A stretch of DNA of 64,000 nt from Caecitellus pseudoparvulus. Lineage: Eukaryota; Protista; Bigyra: Bicosoecida. Positions within the stretch are counted from its first letter, which is position 1, and each line of letters begins with the position of its first letter. The position numbers and the translations under genes were made by a program. The notes under the pieces are model-generated. The model did not search any database. It was not told the DNA's origin and saw only the letters and a list, made by a program, of their open reading frames with translations. The stretch is taken from assembly GCA_965644315.1 (NCBI GenBank), contig CBFFRQ010000057.1, positions 124,001 to 188,000 of the forward strand. The letters run 5' to 3'. Positions 20,918 to 32,479 of this stretch are shown in pieces.

Positions 20918-23900
20918 ATGGCGTCCACCAAGGCTGCCCTGCGGGGCAAGGGCGCCCGCCAAGCCATGCCTCTGCACCCGGCCACGCTGGCTGGCTTGGA
21001 GGAAGCTTCTCGCCTGGCGCAGGGCGAGGCAGCGCAGACGGACCTGGCAGTGCTGCTGCACGGGGCGCCGCAAGCCTTCCACGAGGGCCGTGCCAAGGCC
21101 TGGGTTGGCGACTTGAAGGGCCACGCGACGCGCCTGCGGCCTGAGGGGGCCAGCACGGCGACCGTGCACGCCCTGGCCCTGGCTGCAGGCGCTCTGGCAT
21201 GCGAGCCGTACGTCAAGTTACTCGCGGGGCCACTGAAATTGTTGATGGGAAAGACACAGACGTTGGATGCAAATGCCGCCTCCTTGACCGGCGGCGCCGT
21301 CCTGGGGCGACTGGGCGAAGCAGTGCACGCCTACGCCGCGGCGAGTGCGGAAATTGCTTCGGCGCCCCTGGGTGGCCTGCTGTCTGCCCCGCCGACTCAG
21401 GGCGCCCCGCCCGCGGAAGTGGTGACATTTTTCTCTGTAGCCAGTGTTTTCGACGACCTCCGCTCCGTCATCGTCGGGGCTGGACGTAGCCCGGGCCCAG
21501 CAGGGGCACCTGCTGGAACAGAGCCTGGCTCGCCAGGTGCTCACGAGCCAGTGCCAGCGCCGGTGGTGGCCCAGGCGCTGTTGGGCGCACTGCACTGGTG
21601 CAGCAGCACTCCCGAGGCCACAGGGCTGGAGCAGGTGCTTGTGGCATGCAGTGCCGCCAGCAGGGCTGTGCGTGAGGACCCTGCCTGCGGTGCGCTGTTG
21701 CCACACGTGGCGGTGGCCGCTTTCGGCGCCGTGCGAGGCCCCATCGCCCCAGACACATGCTTGGCAGTGCAGACAGCCGGCGTGGCATGTGCCCTGGCAT
21801 GCCCCCAGCTTGCTGCGCTGCCTGCGGCGGAGGTGGCCCGTGCGTGCGTGGACCCCCTTGTGCCAGGCGAGGGCCAGCAGCTGAGCAGCGCTGCAGCAGC
21901 CTTCAGCATCGCGAGCGGGCTGCAGTGGGGATTGCGTGCTGGCCTGGCGTATGCTCGAGGGTTGCTGGTGAACATGCCCGTGGAGGTGCTGACTGTCCAC
22001 GCTGCCGCTGACGGCGCGGCAGGGCCGACGGCGCTGGTGGCAGTTCTGCGTTTCTTGCTGCACCACGTGGGCGAGTCAGACGTCGTACTGCGCATGACTG
22101 TCTTTAGGCAGCTGCAAACTTGGGTGGCCACAGCTTCGAAGTGCCTGCGCGCCGGCGCAGACGAAGAGGCTTGTCTGCCGCAGGCCTGCCTGCAGGAACT
22201 GCTAGCTGCCATGCTGCGGAATTGGGGGCACACCTCCCGCCTCGTCGCTGGCTGCATGCCGCCCTTACTGCAGGGGCTACTGAAGCTGCACCCAGACCCC
22301 GAAGCACTGCAGGTGCGTCTGCTCGCGTACGTGGCTGCGCAGCCGCCTCATGTGAAGGGCAAGTACTCGGCGCTGGAAGCCCTGGTGCCGAGCATGGGCG
22401 CTGCTGCGTTGCAGGCAGCTGTGCCAACGCTCCTGCCAGACATGCTGACTGCACTGGGCACTCGTTGTAACGTTGAAAAACCTGCAGTGGGCGTGATCAT
22501 GGCGTTCCTGACCACTGCCCTGGTGGAAATGTGCCCGCTGCCGGCAGGTGCCGCGAAACGCGTGAAGAAACGCAAGGGGGCAGGCGCCGTCACGACGGAC
22601 GGCCGCCCAGGCGTGCCGACGTGGCGCGCCCTGTGGCTGCAGCACACCATTGCAGCCTTACTGAGCGAGAGCGTCGCTGTGCGGGAGCGGTGCGTGGCAG
22701 TGCTGCTGCCTGCCCTGCTCACGCTGGACCCTGGCGCCATGCTGGCTCTCCTGCCCGCTGTGCAAGCCGAGTGTGCGGCCGGCGCACCGCCCACGGCGCA
22801 GTCTCCCCCGCAAGACGGCTCTGCCGCGCCTGGTAGCAGTGTCTGCGCATGGCTGGCTCGTGACCGGGTGGACCCCGACGCGCTGTCTGAGCCAGACCGA
22901 GCACTCCTGGCCCTGCTGGCGCTGCTGGCCCTGGCGCGCAAGCAGCGCACGCCCCTGCCCCCTGACATGGACCTGGGCAGCTGGGAGGCGGGGGAGGGCG
23001 CGAGCGCGGTTCCAACCCCCATCCCGTCGCCCGGGTCCCCCCCCCCTGGCGTCCTGGGCGCCGCCCTCCTCCACGCCGACCCTGGCATCCGCCTGGCCGC
23101 CCTGGGCGTGGTGGTGGGGGGCAGTGGCCTGGGTCCCGTCACTCGCCGCGAGTTGGCCCTGGTGGCCACCTACTGCGCCACGTGGCGCACCGTGTCCCAG
23201 ACAGACGTCCTCAAGCGACAAGGCCTCCTGCTCACAGCGTTTGTGCGGCGGGTGCAAGAGAGCGCCCGAGCGGCAGGGCGTCGCCTGTTGTGGCTGCAGG
23301 CCCTCAGCCGCGCCGCGGAGGCGGGCGCCGACACGGTGGTGGTGGAGGGGGGGGACCCCGCCCCCCTCACGCCTGCCCTTGTCGCAGAGGCCGCCCTGCC
23401 CCCCACCGACCACGTAGAGTGGGCCCAGGACCACGCCTATGGCACCTGGGCGGCCTGGCTGGCGCAGCTGGCGCTGGAGGGCCTGTACCCAGGTGCACCT
23501 GCTGAGCGGACGCAGCCCAGCGCGCAAGTATTGCTGTGCCTGACCTCCCTCCTGGTGGAGTGGGGGGGGTCCAGCCTGGCCGCAGGGGGGCCCCTGCCCA
23601 GCGCCACTGTCGCGGCCTTGGACGTGGTGACTGCGCCACAGGCCGTGGCACGGCTGCTGCACGCCTGCGAGAGCTCGTGGGAGGATGTGCGCAGTGCGGC
23701 AGCGAGTGTCCTGCGGACGCTGCCGCACCCCCTGCCGGGGCTGGGGGAGGTGGGAGAGGTCCAGGCCCTGCTGGCGCGCGCCTTGGCGGGCATGGACAAC
23801 CCTCGCAGTCGGGAGGCGCATTGTGGCGCCCTGCAGCTGGCTCTGCTGTACCGTCGCCACGCAGCACAGCAAGGCTGGCTCATCAGCGTGGGGGGGTCTG

Positions 23901-26900
23901 GGGCAGTCGTCGAGGGGGGGGGTGCTGACCCCGCCTTGGCCCCCTGCAGGCACATGCTGGGGTCCCTCTGCAGCGTAGTACGGGAAAGAGCACGCCTCCT
24001 GTGTGCCCAGCTCCGGGCTGCGGGCCTGGAGGTCCCGCCCGACACGGCGGTGGATGCGGGCGCCCCCTCCCCGCCGGCGTCTGGCGGCAGCAGCCAGCAG
24101 CACGGGCACCTGCTGGCGATTTCCGCCATGCTGCGCAGCACAGCATTCCCAGCCCTGGCGGCACAGGGTGAGTCCACGCGCGGCCAGTGGCGGGATGCAC
24201 TGGCAGATGTGGTGGACACTGCCCAGGCTGCGTTGCGGGTGGCCCTGGTCGTGGTGGCGGGCACTGACGAGGAGGACGGTGCGGTGGTGGGGGGCCCGCC
24301 CGATGCAGCCTCGGCGAAGGACTCCTCCACGCCCGACTCCGTGGGCCTGGCCAAGGGCCGGGTGGACTGCAGGGGGCACTTGCTGGTGACGGGCTCAGCC
24401 ACGGGGGGGGGCGCCGGCGCCACGCCGGAGCATGAGGAGCGGCACGAAGAGAACCCGCTGCACTTGCTGGTGGTGGGCGCGTGGCAGGTCATCAAGGAGG
24501 CCACGGCGTGCCTTGCAACGCTATTTGAAGTCGTGCCTCCAGGCGCCGGGGACGCCACGGCCCTCGTGACCACAGCCCAGGTGGCTGGTGTCGGCGGGCA
24601 CATGCTGCAGGCACTGCTGAGCCTGAAGCACATGGGCGGCGTCTTGCACGCCTCCAAGGCCTTTGGCCGCGTGTGCAGCGTGCTGCTGGCGGCGCCTGGC
24701 GGCGGTGACCACGTCAGCGGCTGGCTCGCCTCTCTCCTGCACCGCATCGCCCACAAGCACCAGCAGTTCATCCTGCGGCGGTCTGCCGGCTTCGCACTGG
24801 CCTTCCTGGCCATTCTGCGCGCAGAAGCAGCGCAGCCAGGGCACGTGGCGGGCATGCTGCACTCGGCCCTGGCAACCCTCATGGTGCACGCGGGGGGCGA
24901 CACGCCGGGCGTGGCAGAGGCCCTGGACGCCCTAGGCGTGCCCGTGCCCCCTCTGCCACTCCCCGAGGCGGCACACACAGCGGCGGGCTGGCGCAAGGCG
25001 GTGCACTCCCTGAACGTGACGCGGGCCCTGCTCCGGGAGGGCACTCTCTCCCGGCCCCTGGCTAAGTTCCTCCCCCTCATCCTGCGTGTCGCGCTGGGGG
25101 GCTTCGCCTCCCCCTCCTGGGCTGTGCGCAACAGCAGCCTCATGGTGTATGCCGCCGTCGTGCGGGGCCTGGTGGGCTCCCAGCGAGTGGACGAGGCGGT
25201 GGCGGCGCAGAACCTCCGTGCCGCGCAGCAGGCTTTTGCCGCCTACCCCGGCCTCCAACAGACGCTGCTGGGGACTCTGCAGGCCGGCGTCGCCGCGACT
25301 CTCGCGCAGGCCGAGCCTGCCACGACGCTGTACCCACTGCTGCTGCTGCTGCGCCGGCTGTCTGGGGAAGGCGGAGGCGTGGAAGACTTCCTGCCCCCAC
25401 TGCGTGCTCTCCGCTCTGCGCCACAGCTGTGGGTGCGGTCGGCAGCGGCAGATGCCACCGCCTCCCTCACGCCCCTGGATGCGACACCCGCTGCCATCCA
25501 GGCCACAGACTTCGCGGCAGCAACCGGCGCCAATGCCCTGCATGGAGCGCTGCTGGCTGTGACAGCACTGTGCCGCAAGTGGCTGGTGGCGGGTGGCACG
25601 AGTGCCAAGGCGGCCTGGGCTCACGCTGCGCAGCCACAGGGGCTGCCGTGGATGGACCTGGCCAATCCCCCACCGCCTGACTTGCTGCTGGGGCTGACGC
25701 GGCGTGTGGTGACGCAAGTACTGCTGCCTGGCCACGCCGCCCCCCCCGTCATGGCTGCAGCGGCACAGGCAGCCGCCACGGTGCTCCAGTTGTCCCTCGG
25801 CAGCCATGTCTGCAACGAAGTGCTCACCGCCCTGGCCCCAGCCCTAGCCAACGCCTCTGCGGTCTTGGCGCCCGCGGCCGAGGCCCAGGCGCCAAGCTTA
25901 CCGCCGGCCCTGGCACAGGCCAGGGCCGCGTTGTTGGCAGAGGGCACTGCTCCGGATGCTCCGGCCCTGCCCTGGACAGGGCCACTCACGTCCTCCTTCT
26001 GCACCCTGGTGGGGCTGGCAGCCCTGGCACAAGATGCCTCTGGGGCGTCTGCTGCGCAGGCGCTGGCTCCGGCCCTGCGGCACCCACAGCTGGAGGCACG
26101 CCAGGCGGCTGCCAAGTCCCTACGGCGCGTGCTGAAGGCTGTGGTGTGGCACGGAGCGCATGGCGTGGCGCCCGCAGGAGCAGGCGCTGCCTTGCCACTC
26201 CTGGTCAGCTGCATGGAGACGGAGGCAGACCCGGATGCACTGCGTGTGGTGCTGCGGTGCTTGCGAGTGGCGCTGGGAGCGCCAGGGGTGGTGACGGGGT
26301 GGAGCGGGGAGGAGGTGGCCGCGTTCGGAGGCAAGTGCGTGGCAATTGCACTTGGCGGCTGCAACGCCAAGCTCCGCTCCCACGCTCTCCTCCTGGCGTC
26401 CTGGGCCGCTGAGCAGCCCGGCAACCAGCACACTGCAGCGCACACCGTGCCCGCTGTCGTGGCGGCGGCTGGCGCGTCGAGGTCTGTGCAGTTGCGCATC
26501 GCAGCGTGTCGGGCAGCAGGCGCTCTGCTGTGCGTGCTGCGGCAGTTGCCGGCCCGCTCCAGCTCGCTGCACCTCTGGGCCACTCTGCTGCACCTGTTGC
26601 TGGATGAGGACGACGAGGTGCGGGATGCGGCCTGGGCAGCTGCCGAGGCAGCCGGGGGCGTGCAGCGCTGGGCCGGGCTGGCTGCTTGGTTTGACGCGCT
26701 GCAGGCTTGGGCAGGAAGCGGTCAAGTTGATCGTGCAGCCGCGGCCGCCGTGTGTGCTGGTGTGGCGGGCTGCAGTGGCTCGGGCGAGTTCCTGGCCACT
26801 CAGCAGGCGGCGCGAGGGCAAGACACATGGGGCACTCCGCTGTGGGTGGCTGAGCAGGTCTTGGCTGCAGCAGAGCCTGAAATCGACGCCACGACTGCGG

Positions 26901-27247
26901 CTGGCGCCACAGTGGGTGTCCTGAAGGCTGTGTGTGGCAGCTGCTCCGTGGCGCTTGCCAGCCCCACGGCGCCGCCCCCCCTCTCGACACGAGTGTTCTC
27001 GCCAGAAGGCAACAACGAGTTCCGCGAGGCGTTGGAGGTGGCCAGGCTGGCAGCTGCTGCTGCTCACGCCATGGCGCCTGGGACAGTTGCAAGTGTGTGG
27101 GAGGCGGCCCAGGCTGCGCTGGCTGAGGCGGGGGCGAGTCTGGCACAGCTGCAGCTGAGCGCAGCACAAGCAGTGCGACGCAGCGACAGGGAGCTGCTGT
27201 TTATTGTGGCGTCATCGTTGGGCTGTCTGGCGAGGAGTCAGGACTGA
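20918..27247 (+). CDS. THADA: THADA/Trm732 tRNA (position 32) 2'-O-methyltransferase regulatory subunit, ARM/HEAT repeats with DUF2428
   Basis: Long intronless ORF with WQVIKEA, LLSLKHMGG, the diagnostic RRSAG motif, HSLNVTRALLRE and GFASPSWAVRNSSLM. ATG in good context at 20918. Confidence 0.9.
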   Translation: MASTKAALRGKGARQAMPLHPATLAGLEEASRLAQGEAAQTDLAVLLHGAPQAFHEGRAKAWVGDLKGHATRLRPEGASTATVHALALAAGALACEPYVKLLAGPLKLLMGKTQTLDANAASLTGGAVLGRLGEAVHAYAAASAEIASAPLGGLLSAPPTQGAPPAEVVTFFSVASVFDDLRSVIVGAGRSPGPAGAPAGTEPGSPGAHEPVPAPVVAQALLGALHWCSSTPEATGLEQVLVACSAASRAVREDPACGALLPHVAVAAFGAVRGPIAPDTCLAVQTAGVACALACPQLAALPAAEVARACVDPLVPGEGQQLSSAAAAFSIASGLQWGLRAGLAYARGLLVNMPVEVLTVHAAADGAAGPTALVAVLRFLLHHVGESDVVLRMTVFRQLQTWVATASKCLRAGADEEACLPQACLQELLAAMLRNWGHTSRLVAGCMPPLLQGLLKLHPDPEALQVRLLAYVAAQPPHVKGKYSALEALVPSMGAAALQAAVPTLLPDMLTALGTRCNVEKPAVGVIMAFLTTALVEMCPLPAGAAKRVKKRKGAGAVTTDGRPGVPTWRALWLQHTIAALLSESVAVRERCVAVLLPALLTLDPGAMLALLPAVQAECAAGAPPTAQSPPQDGSAAPGSSVCAWLARDRVDPDALSEPDRALLALLALLALARKQRTPLPPDMDLGSWEAGEGASAVPTPIPSPGSPPPGVLGAALLHADPGIRLAALGVVVGGSGLGPVTRRELALVATYCATWRTVSQTDVLKRQGLLLTAFVRRVQESARAAGRRLLWLQALSRAAEAGADTVVVEGGDPAPLTPALVAEAALPPTDHVEWAQDHAYGTWAAWLAQLALEGLYPGAPAERTQPSAQVLLCLTSLLVEWGGSSLAAGGPLPSATVAALDVVTAPQAVARLLHACESSWEDVRSAAASVLRTLPHPLPGLGEVGEVQALLARALAGMDNPRSREAHCGALQLALLYRRHAAQQGWLISVGGSGAVVEGGGADPALAPCRHMLGSLCSVVRERARLLCAQLRAAGLEVPPDTAVDAGAPSPPASGGSSQQHGHLLAISAMLRSTAFPALAAQGESTRGQWRDALADVVDTAQAALRVALVVVAGTDEEDGAVVGGPPDAASAKDSSTPDSVGLAKGRVDCRGHLLVTGSATGGGAGATPEHEERHEENPLHLLVVGAWQVIKEATACLATLFEVVPPGAGDATALVTTAQVAGVGGHMLQALLSLKHMGGVLHASKAFGRVCSVLLAAPGGGDHVSGWLASLLHRIAHKHQQFILRRSAGFALAFLAILRAEAAQPGHVAGMLHSALATLMVHAGGDTPGVAEALDALGVPVPPLPLPEAAHTAAGWRKAVHSLNVTRALLREGTLSRPLAKFLPLILRVALGGFASPSWAVRNSSLMVYAAVVRGLVGSQRVDEAVAAQNLRAAQQAFAAYPGLQQTLLGTLQAGVAATLAQAEPATTLYPLLLLLRRLSGEGGGVEDFLPPLRALRSAPQLWVRSAAADATASLTPLDATPAAIQATDFAAATGANALHGALLAVTALCRKWLVAGGTSAKAAWAHAAQPQGLPWMDLANPPPPDLLLGLTRRVVTQVLLPGHAAPPVMAAAAQAAATVLQLSLGSHVCNEVLTALAPALANASAVLAPAAEAQAPSLPPALAQARAALLAEGTAPDAPALPWTGPLTSSFCTLVGLAALAQDASGASAAQALAPALRHPQLEARQAAAKSLRRVLKAVVWHGAHGVAPAGAGAALPLLVSCMETEADPDALRVVLRCLRVALGAPGVVTGWSGEEVAAFGGKCVAIALGGCNAKLRSHALLLASWAAEQPGNQHTAAHTVPAVVAAAGASRSVQLRIAACRAAGALLCVLRQLPARSSSLHLWATLLHLLLDEDDEVRDAAWAAAEAAGGVQRWAGLAAWFDALQAWAGSGQVDRAAAAAVCAGVAGCSGSGEFLATQQAARGQDTWGTPLWVAEQVLAAAEPEIDATTAAGATVGVLKAVCGSCSVALASPTAPPPLSTRVFSPEGNNEFREALEVARLAAAAAHAMAPGTVASVWEAAQAALAEAGASLAQLQLSAAQAVRRSDRELLFIVASSLGCLARSQD

Positions 27248-27396
27248 GCTCCCTCCCCCCGTGATGGCGCAATCAGACGGGCGATCAACGTGCAGACCTC
27301 GGCAATTCTACTCACGTACCACGACCCCACCCAGGCTGGCATGCACACCAGCAATGGGCAATCCACTCCGCTCGCGACCCCCACCCTCGCGCCAGC

Positions 27397-29315
27397 ATGG
27401 CGCGTGACGGGACTCCCGGCCGTGGCCTGGGTGGGCGAGACGGCTTGCTGGACAAGCCCGGCACCACCTCGCATGGCGCCCTGGACAGCACGCAGGACAT
27501 GGAGGCGAAGCTGGATGCCGACAAGGCCAAGTTCAATATTGTCGCGTACGGCATCATGATGCTGCTGGGTCTGGGCATTCTACTGCCTTGGAACGTGGCC
27601 CTTAACTCGTGAGCTGTTCCGCTGAAGTGCACTGCACTTCAAACGCCGACAACTGCACCCCTGCCCTGTGCGCAGGTTTGATTTCCTGGACACGTACTAC
27701 GGACAGACGTTCAACTTTTGGTTGTCTGGTGCCTATGTCTGGCCACAGGTCATCATCCTCGTCCTCATGGTGAAGGTGAGCCAACGGCAGCATGGGCGCA
27801 CGGGCAGCATGCGACAGAGAAGGCACCCTGGGGCAGGGAAGCAATTGCCTGGTTGCACTCAGCACGGCCCGCGCGCCAGCACACCGCCCAACACCCCCAC
27901 CCACTCCACAGTACGGCAAGTACGCCTCCTTCACCACTCGCATCATTCTGACGTTCATGCTGCAAGGTGCAGCAGGCATCGCTATCCCCTTCCTCGTCGG
28001 CAAGTCCCTGTGGTCAGAGATCATCGTGTTGCTGTGCTGTTTCGGTTTCGGCGTCTGCGCCGCCGTCCTGCAGTCCTCCCTCATCGGGTTTTCGTCCCAG
28101 TTCCCCACCGTCTTCAACCAGTCCCTCATGGCCGGGCAGGGCGTCGCTGGCATCCTCGCCGGCGTCCTGCGCGTGGCCACCAAGGCCGCCATGCCCGACA
28201 AGCTCAAAGAGAGCGCCATCATGTACTTCGCCATCTCCTCCGGCTTCATGGTGCTGTGCACTGCAGGGTACCTGTATCTCTTGTACATGCCCTTCACACA
28301 GCACCACCTGTCCCTGGCCAAGGCCGTCTCCACACGCCACCGCCAAGCCAGCGCCGAGGGCGAGGCGCCAGCACCTGGCGCCATCGCCCCCCCTACGCCC
28401 CCCATGAAGGTGCCCCCTCGTCGCCCAGACAGCTCCACCAAGGCGGCCAGCGGCACCCCCACCCATCACGCCTCCTCCATGGAGATGCCGCGGTCAGCCT
28501 CCTCCCTGGAGGGCGGCGGCATGGGCGGGCGAGGCGGCCAGCAGCAGGGCCTCTCAACGCCCCTGTTGGAGCAGCGCGAGCAGGAGACGCAGGCGCTGCT
28601 GGCAGGCGGCGAAGGCACCCTGGTCAGCCCTGCCTCCAGCCGAGGCCGCGCCGGCAGCGGGGACACGCTGCGTGATTTCGCAGCGACGCCCCTGGGCTTG
28701 AAGCGCCCCTCTCGCGTGCCGTCTGCGCACGGTGAGGAGGAGGAGGAGGAGGAGGAGGATGGCCCTCCAGCGGTGACGGAGGACCCCGACTCCAACGCGT
28801 ACATCCTGGCCGTCGCGCTGCGGTGCTGGAAGGCGTGCGCGGGGCTGTGGCTGTGCTACTTCCTCACCTTCTTCGTGTTCCCCTCCGAGACGGCCAAGGT
28901 GGACTACCACGGCGGCATCCACGGCCTGACCATCACGAACGAGAGCGGCTGGTGGGGCATCATCATGGTGGGTGTCTTCAACATCTTCGACACGATTGGC
29001 CGCTTCTCCCCCGGCTTCCCTGCCCTGCGCCTGGTGAAGTACCACGCCCTGCCCTGGTTCTCCGCCGCACGCGTCGTCTTCGTCGTGCTGTTCGTGGGCG
29101 CCGCCAGGCAGTGGAGCTCCGCCTTCAGCGACTGGGGCAACCTGTTCATCATGGTCTTCTTCGCACTCACCAACGGCTACACGACGACGTCCTGCTTCAT
29201 GGCCGCGCCGGAGCAGGTGAACCAGAAGGACAAGGAGACGGCGGGCTTCATCATGTCCTTCTTCCTGCTCTTTGGCATGTTCTCCGGCACCATGGCGGCC
29301 CTGTCCCTCAGCTGA
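27397..29315 (+). CDS. Equilibrative nucleoside transporter (ENT/SLC29)
   Basis: LLGLGILLPWN in TM1, VLQSSLIG, MAGQGVAG, TFFVFP, FNIFDTIGR and FALTNGY are SLC29 hallmarks. Introns 27609-27675 and 27776-27911. Confidence 0.93.
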
Positions 29316-29549
29316 TCCCCCCACCTGTGCCCTGCTGCCTGCCCCTTGCCTTGCTGTGCCTGCGAGGCTATCCGTTGTGCCTTCGGGGACGCTGTCCGGC
29401 AGTGCGTGGCAAGCAGCAGATTTCGCATGCATGCAATGTACACACCACCCTGGTGCCACAGACCGCACCAGCTGGGCACGTGCACCCCGCATTGAGCCCG
29501 CTCGCGCAGGCTCCGGCCCGTGTTTCCGTTGCTGCACCACACCATCACC

Positions 29550-32187
29550 ATGAGCGGCAGCAGCGGCAGCAGCAACAAGAAGCTCAAGTTCGAAGTGGCC
29601 TTTGTCTCGTCAGAGGCCGCCGATTACCCTGCCAGCGAGCTGAATTTCCACAGCCCCCATACTCGTGGGTGGCAGTGCCCCAAGTGCGTGAGCGTGGCGT
29701 CGCCAGCTGCGCTGCCGTTTCCACCCTCACCAGCAACATCCGCAGGTACTCCAAGTTTCCCCAGGAAATCGGGCTGTGCTTCACAGATGGAGCAGTGGAA
29801 GTGGGCCAGTGCCAGATCCTCTCCCACCAGTACAAGATTGCCACCCGCCTGGAGCTGTACATTGGGCACGGCCAAGACTACTACTCTGCAAAGTGGCGTC
29901 GTCTCGGGTGCGTCAACTGCGCAGGCTGCGTGGCAGTCGCGACACGCCGTGGTTGCACACTGCGTGTGCAAGCGCCTGTGCAGGTACTTGAGCCTGGACA
30001 ACAATGAGCGCAGCAACTACAAGGTGCGCACAGCGCCACGGTGCTGCACCGTGTCGCAGCGGAAGTTGACCTCCTCTCCGCCTCTGCCCGCAGGCCCGGG
30101 AGCTCAAGTCCGTGTACATCACTGCCATGGGCTCCTTCATGAAGATCGTCGTGCACAAATGCTACAGCAACCCCCACAACTTGTTCAACCAGGTGGGCAT
30201 CATCGCCATCAACATCCTGGGCAAGCCGCTGCCCGCCAGCTACGCTGGTGCGCTGCCAGCCGGCGGTGCGAACCCTGCAGCAGTGCCCAAGCACAGCAAA
30301 GGCGCTGGAGTGGAGGACTTGGCTGTGGACATGGGGGTGGACCCCACCACTGCCGCCACCTTGCGTGACGTGCACGCGCAGAAGGTCGCTGCGGTGGAGG
30401 CGGAGGACTACGCCGCCGCCAAGCAGCTCAAGGCCATCGAGGACAGCCTGCGGTCTGTGGGGGGGCGCCTGGCCCGCCTGCTGGCAGACAAGTCAGCGGC
30501 CGTGGAGGCCGAGGACTACGACCGTGCTGCCGCCTTGAAGGCGGAGATCACCCGCATCCGCGCCAACATCGCCTACCAGATCCAGGCAGTGCAGGCTGGC
30601 AACTTCTCAGCAGCGGCAGCAGCAGTGGGTGGTGGGGGCATGGGGCAGGCCCCAGCCCCCTACGGCGGCCCAGCCTACTCCTCCGCGCCCCTGGCACAGC
30701 ACCAGGGCCAAGGGGGCTTCGGTGGCGGCCACGGCGTCCCTGCCGCACACACTGCTCCCTACCAGCCCGGCTACGGCGGTGGCGCTCCTTCTGACCAGGG
30801 CTACGGCGCACCCCCTTCCCACCACGCGGGACAGGGGGAGGACATGTATGGCGGTGTGCCGTCCATGCCCGCCCACGGCGGCCCACCAGCCCGGGAGCCC
30901 ATCTACGGCCAGCAGCCGGCGGCACAGGCGCCCCACAGCGAGTGGGCGCCCGGGCCAGGTGGCGCGTCAGACCCCTACGGCGGCCAGCCAGCAGAGCCCA
31001 TGCCCATGGGTGGCGGGCGCGGCAACTTTGGCGCCCCGTCAGACGCCTTCCAGGGCGGCCCCTCCCCCCACGGCGGGGGCAAGGTCGCAGAGCCTGAGGG
31101 CTTCGCGCCCAGCGCAGGCGGCGGCATGGCCCGCACCCCCCCTCGGGGGGATACGGGTGCGCCGCCTGCGGGCTTCCACCCTGGGCGTGGCGGCGGCGGG
31201 GGCATGGACGGCCGCCCAGACAGCCGCGCCATCCGCCCGGCAGCGGTGGACCTGGACGCCCTCATCGCGGCAGACGAAGCAGCGCAGAAGGGCCAGGCAG
31301 CGGCGCCCGTGCCGCCGGGGCTGGGCCAGGCGTCCAGCTCCGTCACTGCCGCCGCAGCGGCGGGCGGCGGCGGCGGCAAGGTGGACGCCGCGGCCCTGGC
31401 TGGCGTGGAGGGCGTGGCAGACCTGCCCGCGCCCGAGCCAGTGGGCGCCAAGGACGCCAAGGACGCTGCGCGCCTGGAGGGCATCTTCGGCGAGTACGTC
31501 GTGCAGTGCCTGATGGCCAAGACGTGGCAGCTGCGGGAGGCAGCCATCCACAAGGTGCAGCTGGAGATCCCGCACTACACCGCCTCGCCCCAGGCAGTCC
31601 TGGAGGCGGTGGGCTTCCTCATCTCCCGCGTGGCTGACAAGGACAAAATCGCGCAAGTGTTCGTGTCGGCGGTGCAGCTGCTGCCAGTGGTGCTGGACAA
31701 GGCTGCCCCCGTCGTGGGGCAGGCTGGCACGACGGCCGCCCTGGACGGCGCCTGCACCTCCCTCACTGTGAAGCTGGGGGACAACGCCCCCAAGAACAGG
31801 GACGCAGCGGTGGATGCGCTGCTGGAGCTGGCCACTCGACCCGAAGTGGGTGCCGCCACCATTGCACGGCACTGCATGGCGCCCCTGCCCAAGAAGCAAG
31901 TGCGTGGGTGGCGTGCCATGCACACGCGGCTCATGGTGCTGGCCATGCTGGTGTCAGACCAGGGTTTGCTGGGGGCGGGCGTCTCTCCGCAGGAACTCAT
32001 CGGCTTCTCGGCCAGCAACAAGGCCCATGACCATGCCAATGGCGAGTTGCGGGAGGCCGCCAAGCAGCTGGTCGTGGAGATCTTCAAACAGGTGGGCCCC
32101 TCTGTTGAGGGCATGCTGTCCCACTTGAACGGGAAGCAGTTGGCAGAGTACAAAGCTGCCTGCGAGGCAAGTGCGGCAGAGCCTTGA
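29550..32187 (+). CDS. CEP104: Centrosomal/ciliary-tip protein CEP104 (FAP256)
   Basis: After removing introns 29684-29745, 29908-29983 and 30024-30093 the N-terminal domain reads SSEAADYPASEL...RGWQCPKYSKFPQEI...QILSHQYKIA...LGYLSLDNNERSNYKARELKSV...NLFNQVGIIAINILG. Two KxxAVxxEDYxxAxxLK repeats and a TOG/HEAT domain (KTWQLREAA) follow. Confidence 0.93.
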
Positions 32188-32479
32188 GAGCTGCACAACC
32201 CTTCAGGAAACGTGTCCGATGGCTGCCTCACACCCGCGAATGCAAATGGTATGGCAGGTGAACTGGTGCTTGGTCGTGGTCGCGCGCAAGCGGGCACACC
32301 GAAGCTGTTGAGGCCCTCTGCACCACGAGCGTTACGTGATGAAACGCCAACAGTACTGGTACGCGCCCGCTGTGAGCGAGAGACTGCCCCCTGGCTGTGC
32401 GCTGTTCGAAGCTGGGGATCGGCTTCGACACAGTCACTCCACACTTGGTATTGCCGTCAACCAAGCCACTCAAGCGGCC

